A stretch of DNA of 64,000 bases from an uncultured Bacteroides sp. Its GTDB lineage: Bacteria > Bacteroidota > Bacteroidia > Bacteroidales > Bacteroidaceae. Position 1 is the first letter of the stretch. The number at the start of each line of letters is the position of its first letter. The stretch spans positions 95,206 through 159,205 of the forward strand of contig CABUGV010000002.1 of NCBI GenBank assembly GCA_902491215.1. The letters run 5' to 3'. The translations under genes were made by a program, and so were the position numbers. Below the pieces are notes generated by a model. The model saw only the letters and a program-made list of their open reading frames with translations. It was not told where the DNA came from and ran no database searches. Below, in pieces: positions 52,210-61,321 of this stretch.

Positions 52210-53604
52210 TTATCGTCTATTTTCCGTCCCAGCCTTACGCGGGTTGACAAACTGCTGCGATACTCTGGAAAAGCTGGACACAACAGCCAAAAGAGCTATC
52301 AAGGCTCCTGCAAGCAGACAATAACGCGAACCGGTTGTGTGCGGTATGAGCGAAAAAACTATAGCCACACCTGTCGTTCCGACTGTCTGACCTATCAAAC
52401 GCGCCATTCCCAACATGCCGCTCGCTCCACCGCTACGGTTTACTGGTGCTGAAGAAACGATTGTCAAGTTGTTCGGTGTCTGAAAAAGTCCGAACCCGGC
52501 ACCGCAAAGCATGATACGCCAAAACAAATCTTTGACGGTAGCCCCTTCCGGAAGGAAAAACATAAGGAACAGACCGCATGAAAACAGACTCATGCCTACA
52601 GCGCCCAGTATGCCGGGATGGATATGTTCCACCAGACGTCCGGCAAGCGGTGCCACCACCAGCGTAGCCAAAGGCCAAGGAGTTATGAGCAGCCCAGTCT
52701 CGATAGGACTGAAATGCATTGTATCCTGAAGGAAGAACGGCAAAGAAACCATAGCCAGCATCTGCGCCATAAACGAACATATAGAAGTAAGGATTGAAAG
52801 CGTGAAAATAGGTATGCGCAGCAAATCCACCGGAAGCATCGGCGTCATGCGGTGTTTGGCTGCATAAAGCTGACGGCGCAGATAGAACCATCCGATGAAA
52901 ACAAATGCCAAGAAAGACAAAAAGACTACCCAACGACGCTCGTGATGTGCTATGCCTTCGAGAGAATATATCATACATCCAAACGTAAGTGCATTGCCCA
53001 CACAGCTCCACCAATCTATCCTGCGTTCAGAAACATGCGGATTGAGCGGAAGCAGACGACGCCCCAAACAGAAAGCAATTATTCCCAATGGAATATTTAT
53101 GGCAAAGAGCCAATGCCAAGTAAGTTTTGAAAGTATGAATCCGGCAACAGTAGGTCCAGCGGCTGTACTGACAGCCACGGCCATAGCATTCAGGCTCATC
53201 CCGCGTCCCAAAATCCTAGGCGGATAAATCAATCTAATCAAAGCAGTATTCACACCCATCACACAGGCGGCGCCAATGCCTTGCAGTATGCGTGAAGCTA
53301 TCAGCATCGGAAAATTTACAGAACATGCACAAAGTGCAGAAGCTCCGGTAAAGACAGAAATGCCTGTCAGAAAAACCTTCTTATAGCCGATTATATCTCC
53401 CAGTGATGCTGATATAAGAAGAAACATCATTATGACCATCTGATACACATTGACTATCCAAATAGACGTATCAGGCGCCACATTGAACTCCTTTGTCAGT
53501 GACGGAAGCGCCACATTAATTATTGTTCCATCAAGAACCGACATGACTATTGCGATTATCACGCAAGTCGCCATGAGGTATTGTTTGGGTATCCTTTTAA
53601 ACAT
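52210..53604 (-). CDS. MFS transporter, DHA2 (14-TMS EmrB/QacA) drug:H+ antiporter family
   Basis: 464 aa from the ATG at about 53604, with about 14 TM helices. Its stop directly abuts the NTase ORF. Confidence 0.8.
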   Translation of the reverse strand: MFKRIPKQYLMATCVIIAIVMSVLDGTIINVALPSLTKEFNVAPDTSIWIVNVYQMVIMMFLLISASLGDIIGYKKVFLTGISVFTGASALCACSVNFPMLIASRILQGIGAACVMGVNTALIRLIYPPRILGRGMSLNAMAVAVSTAAGPTVAGFILSKLTWHWLFAINIPLGIIAFCLGRRLLPLNPHVSERRIDWWSCVGNALTFGCMIYSLEGIAHHERRWVVFLSFLAFVFIGWFYLRRQLYAAKHRMTPMLPVDLLRIPIFTLSILTSICSFMAQMLAMVSLPFFLQDTMHFSPIETGLLITPWPLATLVVAPLAGRLVEHIHPGILGAVGMSLFSCGLFLMFFLPEGATVKDLFWRIMLCGAGFGLFQTPNNLTIVSSAPVNRSGGASGMLGMARLIGQTVGTTGVAIVFSLIPHTTGSRYCLLAGALIALLAVVSSFSRVSQQFVNPRKAGTENRR

Positions 53605-53691
53605 AACAAACCTTAACTTCAAATTTATCTGCAAATCACGCAATCGGTATCACCTGCGCCACAAACAGACAGATGACGCAGATTGTGCAGT

Positions 53692-53955
53692 TCACGTCGT
53701 ACCTCGGCTTTCCTTGAACCGTTCAAGTATTTCAAGCCCTTTTGCAATGTCGGCCTCGAAAACCATAACCTTGATCAGCGAAGCCGACACAATTATAGGA
53801 GCATAACAGCTGCATGCTGTATTTGTAAGAAAGCAGGCTACGCCCTCATCCTTAAGAATCGTTTCGAGCAATTGGCATTCCCAAAGTTCTCCACGATACA
53901 ATTCTACAATTCGTCCCTTATCCATAAAATCATCATGGTTGAATGATGCATTCAT
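53692..53955 (-). CDS. Small DUF2007-like protein (putative signal-transducing protein)
   Basis: About 70-87 aa; the core (…IVELYRGELWECQLLETILKDEGVACF…) is DUF2007-like. It lies 5 bp downstream of the beta-helix gene. Confidence 0.45.
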   Translation of the reverse strand: MNASFNHDDFMDKGRIVELYRGELWECQLLETILKDEGVACFLTNTACSCYAPIIVSASLIKVMVFEADIAKGLEILERFKESRGTT

Positions 53956-53959
53956 TCCG

Positions 53960-55909
53960 TCACGACCTTCTGCATGGAATATCCCATACTTCCGTCAATC
54001 CGTCTTTTTCCAATCTGATTCTTACACGTGTCTCCACAAGCTCTTCTTCCATTCCTTTCGTGTCCATCTTCAGATGCAGACGCTTCAATTTCCCGTCAAG
54101 GTCGACTGTACATACAGTCTTTCCGTCACCGTTGACGAAAGACATTGTTCCTGCAATGGAATCAGGCAGAGCCTCACGCAGATCCATCACCACACCTGCA
54201 CCGTCATCGGCCCAAACAGCCTCATCAGGAAATACAAGTCTGGCCCAAATCAGTTCTGAAATAACACGTGCCTTGCTTTTCACGTCAGTACCGTCTGCAC
54301 CAGAAGCAAATGTATTTGTTCCGCCCATCTCAAAGGCACCAATGTCAATAGATCCATCATTCACTACATTTCCATAAAAATCCCTTCCACCATTGTCGTG
54401 TATGAATTTTCCGGCATTGATACATGGAGATTCCTTCTGCAATTTATATCCGGACAAAGTTTTAAGTCCACGTCCACCTGTACCTGGAGCAACAAACATA
54501 GGATCTGCACAAATAGCTTCAGGATCGTCAGGAATTCCATTTTTCCACGGTCCGAAATAGCAGTTGCGCTGGAACAGTGTACCTGACGGCAAGTTCGGTT
54601 TTATGTTCTCCTCATATATTCTGCTTTCCGTCAAACCGTGCGAGTAGACTGTACGGAAACGTCCCTGTCCTGTGGCATAAAATATATTATTATAGAAAAC
54701 AGCACCAAGATCCTCAGGACGCTTCTCATTATCATTTCCACAGAAGAAATCTATATCTCCTGTGTTTCTGTCGAGATAGAAAACGTTGTTGTAGAAAACG
54801 TTGCCTTCAGACAATGGCCCCTGAATCTGCACAAGATGCGTCTTGTCGTTCTCGCTTATGTTGTATCGGGTTATGTTTCCTGAAATGTTGTACATCAACA
54901 GCATCAATCCGTGATTGTTACGGCTGTAGTTGTACTGTGCCACACATCTGTTGCAGTTGAAATCAAAATCGTAGGCAAATCCGTCGCCGTTGAATTTCTC
55001 TCGTCCCGTATCATACACCTCGTTGAACTGCATGATGGTTTCTTCGGCATCCTGAATCCACACCGCAGCCGTATGAGGCCACCATCCTTTGCTCCCTGGC
55101 AAATCCGGATGTCCGGAACGCATACACGACTCGTGCACCTCGTTGAACTCAATGAGACCACGGTATGTGCCGTTCACAAAAATACCGTCACCGCCGGTAT
55201 TTTCAATATAGTTTCTGCGGACAACGACATTATCTCTTGCGCCCCAGCTGATTATTCCGCATTTGTCGAAACGCTCAATGCGGTTGTTCTCTATCAGCAC
55301 ATCATTGATGGTACTCTTTCGGCCTCCTTCAGTTTCATTTCCACTGCGGACAAAATGCACCAATATTGCACAACTGAAATATCCGCTGTACTCCGTGTCA
55401 CCACCCATCTGTCCCCAGATGTCATGTATATAACAGTTCCTTACAACGATATGCCTCATGTCCACGCCTTGCGCACTGGCTTTGGCCACAATGCCCTGGC
55501 GCCCCACTCCAAGCTTAGGCGGTGCACCGCTGGTAACCTCCATTCCGTCGATTTCCCACCACGAGACATCGCGCAGCATTATTCCTGCTCCTTCAGCATC
55601 GCCGATATTTATTACAGGCCGTCCATCCGATGTCTTTCCGTAAGAAGAAAGCACAATCGGCCGCCCCTCGCTTCCAGAGCCCTTAAGCTTCAGCTGGCCT
55701 TTCCATACACAGCCTTTTTCAAAAAGAATGCTGTCGCCGGGCATGAAAACATGTCCGTTTACTTTCTCCAGCGTTCGCCAAGCTTCAGTCTGCGAAAGTC
55801 CGCTTGCACTGTCATCGCCCGTTTGCGAGACAAAGTAGGTTTTATTCTGCGCCATACCGCCAATAGAGAAGATGGCAGAAAAGACGAACGTCAAAACTTT
55901 TATTTTCAT
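53960..55909 (-). CDS. Right-handed parallel beta-helix protein (pectate-lyase fold; polysaccharide lyase/hydrolase-like)
   Basis: Signal peptide and repeated NxxIxNN / NNxIxxN beta-helix rungs (VVRRNYIENTG, FYNNVFY, FYNNIFY). 649 aa. Confidence 0.65.
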   Translation of the reverse strand: MKIKVLTFVFSAIFSIGGMAQNKTYFVSQTGDDSASGLSQTEAWRTLEKVNGHVFMPGDSILFEKGCVWKGQLKLKGSGSEGRPIVLSSYGKTSDGRPVINIGDAEGAGIMLRDVSWWEIDGMEVTSGAPPKLGVGRQGIVAKASAQGVDMRHIVVRNCYIHDIWGQMGGDTEYSGYFSCAILVHFVRSGNETEGGRKSTINDVLIENNRIERFDKCGIISWGARDNVVVRRNYIENTGGDGIFVNGTYRGLIEFNEVHESCMRSGHPDLPGSKGWWPHTAAVWIQDAEETIMQFNEVYDTGREKFNGDGFAYDFDFNCNRCVAQYNYSRNNHGLMLLMYNISGNITRYNISENDKTHLVQIQGPLSEGNVFYNNVFYLDRNTGDIDFFCGNDNEKRPEDLGAVFYNNIFYATGQGRFRTVYSHGLTESRIYEENIKPNLPSGTLFQRNCYFGPWKNGIPDDPEAICADPMFVAPGTGGRGLKTLSGYKLQKESPCINAGKFIHDNGGRDFYGNVVNDGSIDIGAFEMGGTNTFASGADGTDVKSKARVISELIWARLVFPDEAVWADDGAGVVMDLREALPDSIAGTMSFVNGDGKTVCTVDLDGKLKRLHLKMDTKGMEEELVETRVRIRLEKDGLTEVWDIPCRRS

Positions 55910-55946
55910 ATCAAGAAGGTTTAGCTGTCTGAAATCAATATTGTAT

Positions 55947-56945
55947 TCAAGGACGATATTCCTTGCCTACTTCAAGCTTGTCTCCCGAAAGGTCAACTTC
56001 AAACAAATGCGGTATACGCAAATAGTGTCCGTTAATATTCTTGTGGCTGTGCACCGACATAAGCCATTTTCCGTCGAGCGTGCGGAACAACATGCCGTGT
56101 CCGAAATTAGGCGGAGTTATAGGATTCTTCTCATGCACCCACGGACCGTCCAGCGTGCCGCTTTCCGAATAGGCCACACCCTGTGTATAAACATCGCCAA
56201 TCCAGCTTGTCCATATCATGCCCAGACGTCCTGTGCCGGTACGGAAAAGGTATGGTCCGTCAGTCACCATGTTCGGCTTCACACTTCCATCTCGCGTACT
56301 CTCCCTGCTCCACGGACAAGAGCTGGCCCTGAACATCAGCTTGCCTTCGCCCACCGAACCGCTCAAATCCGGCTTAAGTTCAATTTTCTCAATCGTACCA
56401 TCGAAATTCTGCAGCCATTCGTAGCAATATACCATGTATGGTTTCCCGTCAGAATCGACCCAGAATGTGCCGTCAAGCGTAGGTTTGTCGGCCGGAAGAT
56501 AAGTTGCATCGCCCTTCATCATGTAAGGTCCGCCTGGGGCATCGCTGACCAGCACATGACTGGCACGTCGCGGTATGTCGTTTCCACGATAGCGGTCTAT
56601 GATGACATCACTGTTTGTAAACGTTGCAAAATAATAGTACTTGCCCTTGTACTCATGAAGCTCTGCGGCCCATATCATGGGATGCGCTCCCGTCCAGGAA
56701 GTAGAATCGACCTTCACAACATCATAAGGCCCCGACCACAAGCGCAGATCCTTGCTTTTCCACATTTTCCCGCCGGTACCGGTCATGTAATACATCGACG
56801 TCGACTTGTCGGCCAATATTGCAGGATCGCTCAATCTTATCGAATCCAAAGGTACATTCTCACGTATTTTTCCTAAAGTCCTCTGTGCATTGGCTGACAT
56901 AACGAACATAAACGCCGTTGCGGCCAAAACGAGATTTCTATTCAT
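55947..56945 (-). CDS. Glycoside hydrolase family 43
   Basis: Signal peptide and a 5-bladed beta-propeller pattern with conserved acidic residues (YMTGTGG…, WGPW…DG); 332 aa. Confidence 0.7.
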   Translation of the reverse strand: MNRNLVLAATAFMFVMSANAQRTLGKIRENVPLDSIRLSDPAILADKSTSMYYMTGTGGKMWKSKDLRLWSGPYDVVKVDSTSWTGAHPMIWAAELHEYKGKYYYFATFTNSDVIIDRYRGNDIPRRASHVLVSDAPGGPYMMKGDATYLPADKPTLDGTFWVDSDGKPYMVYCYEWLQNFDGTIEKIELKPDLSGSVGEGKLMFRASSCPWSRESTRDGSVKPNMVTDGPYLFRTGTGRLGMIWTSWIGDVYTQGVAYSESGTLDGPWVHEKNPITPPNFGHGMLFRTLDGKWLMSVHSHKNINGHYLRIPHLFEVDLSGDKLEVGKEYRP

Positions 56946-57126
56946 GGTATTCTGAATTTTTGGTTAAACAAAAAAATTATTATGCAAGTATAGGAAAAAA
57001 TATCGGACTTCGCAGAATGCACTGCATGCAAAAGCCTGTCAAAGAGCAAATATGCAGCAATCAAACAAAAAAAGTCGGCAGAATGACAACTCCACCGGCT
57101 ATTTCTATAGTTTGAATATTCCTTTT

Positions 57127-58320
57127 TCAAGATTTTCTGAATGCCAGATAATCCATGGTGCGCGTGCGTCCCAATGCAATCAGCATACATGTAAGCGAAC
57201 AGAACGAACATATAACAAATATGACACCCGTAGAAGACATTATATCACCTATTCCTACGAGCGGCGAAACTATTCCGCCGGCCGCAAAGCAGACTGCTCC
57301 GAGAAGCGCCGATGCCGTACCCGAATTGTCGCGCTGAGACTCCATGGCCAGTGCTGTGGTAGAAGTGAATGTCATTCCCATTGAGAAAAGAAGGAAAATC
57401 ATGAGCAGTTCGTACACCACAAACGAACAGCCGGACGACATGGCAAAACACTGAACAATTGAAACCACAGCCATTCCGCAGCATCCGGTCAAGGTGCAGC
57501 TTTCTGAATGACGGAACTTGACGGACAAGGCCGCAGCAACACCTATGACAACCGCATTCAGACCGAAACAAAGGCTGAACGAGAAGGCTGAAAAACCATA
57601 ATGCTCCTGCATGATGAAAGGCGATGAAGCTATGTTTGCAAACAATACACCTTGCGCAAAAGCCATCTGAAGCACGTAGCAAACGTATTGACGGTCATGC
57701 ATCACCACACCGAAACTGCGAAGCGTGTCGGCCCATTTTACAGCCGAACGTGACTCGCGCGGCAATGATTCGCGGAATCTTATGCATCCCAGCAACAAGA
57801 ATATGCCCAGAACAAGCAAGATGCAGAATATGCCCTTCCAGCCAATCACATCAGTAAGAAGTCCTCCGACAATCGGAGCCGCTACCGGAGCCACACCATT
57901 TATTGCACCTATCACGGCCAACATCTTTGCAAGCTCGCGACCTGAATATTTATCAGTTGCAACCGAACGAGATATGACAATGCCTCCTGCACCGGCTATG
58001 CCCTGAATCAGACGGAAGGCAACAAACTGCTGGATGTTCTGAGAAAACAGACACATTACCGTAGATGCCAGAAACATCCACATGGCAACAAGCAACGGCG
58101 TGCGGCGTCCGTAGCGGTCGCTCAAAGGACCGAAAAACACCTGACCAACAGCCAGTCCTATCATACTCGTGGTCAAACCTAGCTGTACCATCGAAGACGA
58201 CGTATTGAAGTACTCGCCCATCGAAGGCAGACTCGGCAGATACATATCAGTTACAAACGGGCCGAAAGCGGTAAGCATGCCCAACAAAATAAGCAGAAAT
58301 ACCCTTGAATTTTCTTTCAT
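57127..58320 (-). CDS. MFS transporter, Bcr/CflA-type drug exporter
   Basis: 12 TM helices and an N-terminal motif (GPFVTDMYLPSLPSM) typical of the Bcr/CflA subfamily. Confidence 0.8.
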   Translation of the reverse strand: MKENSRVFLLILLGMLTAFGPFVTDMYLPSLPSMGEYFNTSSSMVQLGLTTSMIGLAVGQVFFGPLSDRYGRRTPLLVAMWMFLASTVMCLFSQNIQQFVAFRLIQGIAGAGGIVISRSVATDKYSGRELAKMLAVIGAINGVAPVAAPIVGGLLTDVIGWKGIFCILLVLGIFLLLGCIRFRESLPRESRSAVKWADTLRSFGVVMHDRQYVCYVLQMAFAQGVLFANIASSPFIMQEHYGFSAFSFSLCFGLNAVVIGVAAALSVKFRHSESCTLTGCCGMAVVSIVQCFAMSSGCSFVVYELLMIFLLFSMGMTFTSTTALAMESQRDNSGTASALLGAVCFAAGGIVSPLVGIGDIMSSTGVIFVICSFCSLTCMLIALGRTRTMDYLAFRKS

Positions 58321-58612
58321 TCAAAATCCTCCTAAATCTAAAAACCTTTTACCTTTTTTCTTTGTAGTCCATAAAGTTTATCGCCTAATGCGTCTGCATG
58401 CGTTCCGTACCATGATAAACCACGGCGTACGACACAAGACACATACTATCCTGTAATACAGACGTTTACACTTCACGGATCAAATTTTATGCAAATGTAC
58501 TGATGAATTTTTTCAGATGCAAATCAACAGAGCCGTATATGCAGCATTTATTGACAATCTTTCACTGTAATAAATTAAAAATCCACAAAAAATGACTGAA
58601 ACAGCGCATGAA

Positions 58613-58717
58613 CCTTGAGCGCCTGCATACAGAATTACGAGCGCTCGCAATTACAAACGCGGGCGCTCAAAATTTTTGCCACGAGCGCCTGTGCCGTGAA
58701 AAACAAGAGCCGGCAGG
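58613..58717 (+). repeat. Dispersed intergenic GC-palindrome repeat element, copy E
   Basis: gagcgcctgcatacagaat / tacgagcgctcgcaattacaaa / cgcgggcgctcaaaatttttgcc / acgagcgcctgtgccgtgaaaaacaa / gagccggcagg. Confidence 0.6.
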
Positions 58718-58825
58718 AAATACTGTGAATTACTCCGGCATCAATCTATCTCATGCTGTTTTATTGCTAAATTTGCAGTCACAGCATACTGAACAGTTTC
58801 ATCAAAAAAACAAAAATTATAAAAC

Positions 58826-59467
58826 ATGAAAAAAGCGACAGTATTTTTATCATTGGTTTCAGCAATACTGATAAGCTGCGGCCCGACTTCAGAAGCACCT
58901 GAAGCCAACAGCACTACAAGCAAAGATGCAGTAATTGAAAACATCATGTCGAGAAGAAGCATCAGAAAATACAAGAATGAGGCTATCGACTCTACATCGA
59001 TGAGGGAGATACTGACATGCGGAATACAGGCACCAAACGGACAAGGCCGTGAATCTTGGGAAATAAGAGTGGTGAACGACAAAGAACTTATTGACCGCAT
59101 CGACAGCGCATACAGCGACTATGCCGAAAACACCATGAAAACCGGCAAGCCTACAAGAAAGGCTTCATACGGCGCACCGGCACTTGTGTTCATTGCATAC
59201 GACACAACTTACGACCTTTCGCAGGTTGACTGCGGACTGCTGGGCGAAAACATGATTCTTGCAGCCAACTCCATGGGCATAGGTTCATGTTGTCTCGGCG
59301 GACTATGCAGATTTATAAACTCCGAAGAAGGAGCTGAAATACTGCAGAAGCTCAAACTTCCGTCAACCCACAAACTGCTGTACGCTATAGCATTCGGATA
59401 TCCCGACGAAAAACCTGCTCAGAAAACCAGAAACTGGGACCGCATACAATTCATAGAAAACAACTGA
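58826..59467 (+). CDS. Nitroreductase-family protein (lipoprotein)
   Basis: Lipobox (LISCG) and the nitroreductase fold motif (RRSIRKY). Confidence 0.8.
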   Translation: MKKATVFLSLVSAILISCGPTSEAPEANSTTSKDAVIENIMSRRSIRKYKNEAIDSTSMREILTCGIQAPNGQGRESWEIRVVNDKELIDRIDSAYSDYAENTMKTGKPTRKASYGAPALVFIAYDTTYDLSQVDCGLLGENMILAANSMGIGSCCLGGLCRFINSEEGAEILQKLKLPSTHKLLYAIAFGYPDEKPAQKTRNWDRIQFIENN

Positions 59468-59478
59468 CAGAAATATTT

Positions 59479-59528
59479 AAAAAACGATTGCCGGATGCAG
59501 ACATCAGTGCATCCGGCAATCGTTTTTT
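59479..59528. terminator. Bidirectional rho-independent terminator
   Basis: aaaacgattgccggatgca / gacatcag / tgcatccggcaatcgtttt is a perfect 19-bp stem, flanked by A-rich and T-rich tracts. Confidence 0.85.
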
Positions 59529-59551
59529 AAGGATGATACATTTATAATTTT

Positions 59552-61321
59552 TCAAAGTCTTTTCTGTGCACGCAGGAAATCAGCTATTCTGTCCAACCAC
59601 GTGTAGCTTCCTGTGCCTGGGCTGGCAGAGCGCTGGAAACAATGGTTGCGCAAAGCCAAAGTGTGCAGTTCGGACTGTATTCCCATACTGCGCATCTTCT
59701 CCCAAACTTTTACAGAACCCATAGGCGAATAAACATCGGCATCGCCATGTATGAAAAGCATTGGAGCTGTCTTGAAGTCAAAGCTGAAGTCTGGCACAAT
59801 CACGGCATTGTCGTCATTACCCTTTCTGGAATTCTGACCGTTGATGCCGTCTGTCAGCACGTATGCCGGATAAATGCCTATACCCCACTGAACATTGCAA
59901 GGCAGTTTGTCAATCTCATCTATCGGAAGATAAGAGTTGTGCATAGAAGATGTTACTCCCATCAAAGTCAGATGGCCACCGGCAGAACTTCCCATGATAC
60001 CTATCTGATTAGGGTCCAATCGGTAGCTTTCGGCCTGAGAACGGACAATACGTATTGTGCGCTGCAGATCCTCCCATGCAGTGACATGTTTGGCCAGTCC
60101 TTTTGGACGTGGTGTGCGATAACGCAGAGTTACGACCGTCATTCCGAGATTGTTGAGATAGCGTCGTGCTGGAGCAACCTCAAAGTCATCAGGGTTGTTG
60201 GCTTCATAAGAGCCACCGCTGTATATAATCTGAATAGCTTTTGTCTTCAAAACTTTAGGGAAATGCCACTCAATATACGGCACAAGCTGATGCTCCTGAG
60301 CATTAGGCATCTTACCTTCCGGCCAGACGTTCAGTTTCACCACTTCCCTGCGGTCCTCATCGCTGGCAAATCGGCTCTTCAAGTTGACTTCAGCTTCCGG
60401 CTTGCCCATTATGCCGATCTGGCGCAGAAACTCCACACCTCTTTCCAAACCGTATGCTCCGTGGCCTGCATTCGGATAAAGATGAAGTTCTGCAGGAATA
60501 TTCATTGTGCGCAACTTTCTGTAAATAAGTGTACTGCCGTTAGGCGAATATATATCAGCTCCTCCATGATGAAGACTCATAGGGCAGGTCTTTTCGTCAA
60601 AACGGAAACATTCCGACAAACGTACATCCGGTCCGTATCCCTGCATCCAAGCAGGAGTTCCTTTTTCACCATCTGTTGTGACATAAGCCGGCGCATTCAA
60701 TATTGCAAAATTGATGTGGCAAGGCACAGAATCAAGTTTGTCTACAGGCTTGTATGCTCTGCTCTGCGAATTAGCGGCAAGCAGCAAGGCAAGATGTGAA
60801 CCGGCAGACATGGATGTCACTCCAATCTTTTCTGCATCAAAACCACGTTTCTTTGCTTCGTTTCTGACCATACGCACAGCACGCTGTCCGTCCTCCCAAG
60901 CGGTATGATATATAGGCAAGCCTACAGGACGAGGTGTGCGGTAAACAAAATTTACACATTGAAAACCAAGCTTTGTGAATGTTTCTCTCCAAAGTTTGAT
61001 AAGATTCACGTCGCAGCAGTTTTCATACGAACCGCCAGAAATGAGTATCATGCAACAACCGTTTGCAACAGCCGGATCGGGCTTTTCGAACCATTCGAGA
61101 TAGGCAATACGATGTTTTTCGGGTTTGAATTTGCTGTCGGATGTTTCATCCGTCATTGCAGCAATCTGATGCTCCTGGGCATCCGGCATCTTACCCGAAG
61201 GCCAAACCTGTTCACGGTCTCTTGCAACACCCTGCAAAGCACAGAGCAGACCCACAACCGTCACTATCAACCTGATACGTTTGACTTTCTCAAACGCTGA
61301 TAACTTGAAATGTGTTTTCAT
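59552..61321 (-). CDS. Secreted tandem alpha/beta-hydrolase (two esterase/lipase domains)
   Basis: Signal peptide and two GxSxG nucleophile elbows (TSMSAGSHLA, MGSSAGGHL), each followed by HGGADIY-type / HGDADVY segments. 589 aa. Confidence 0.75.
   Translation of the reverse strand: MKTHFKLSAFEKVKRIRLIVTVVGLLCALQGVARDREQVWPSGKMPDAQEHQIAAMTDETSDSKFKPEKHRIAYLEWFEKPDPAVANGCCMILISGGSYENCCDVNLIKLWRETFTKLGFQCVNFVYRTPRPVGLPIYHTAWEDGQRAVRMVRNEAKKRGFDAEKIGVTSMSAGSHLALLLAANSQSRAYKPVDKLDSVPCHINFAILNAPAYVTTDGEKGTPAWMQGYGPDVRLSECFRFDEKTCPMSLHHGGADIYSPNGSTLIYRKLRTMNIPAELHLYPNAGHGAYGLERGVEFLRQIGIMGKPEAEVNLKSRFASDEDRREVVKLNVWPEGKMPNAQEHQLVPYIEWHFPKVLKTKAIQIIYSGGSYEANNPDDFEVAPARRYLNNLGMTVVTLRYRTPRPKGLAKHVTAWEDLQRTIRIVRSQAESYRLDPNQIGIMGSSAGGHLTLMGVTSSMHNSYLPIDEIDKLPCNVQWGIGIYPAYVLTDGINGQNSRKGNDDNAVIVPDFSFDFKTAPMLFIHGDADVYSPMGSVKVWEKMRSMGIQSELHTLALRNHCFQRSASPGTGSYTWLDRIADFLRAQKRL

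Noticed and set aside
54911-56876. 337-aa and 334-aa plus-strand ORFs antisense to the beta-helix and GH43 genes
   Set aside because: They are opposite secreted CAZyme genes that have signal peptides and fold-specific repeats. These are antisense artefacts.
59642-61300. 385-aa and 131-aa plus-strand ORFs antisense to the tandem esterase gene
   Set aside because: The same shadow-ORF pattern. The esterase strand carries both GxSxG elbows and a signal peptide.
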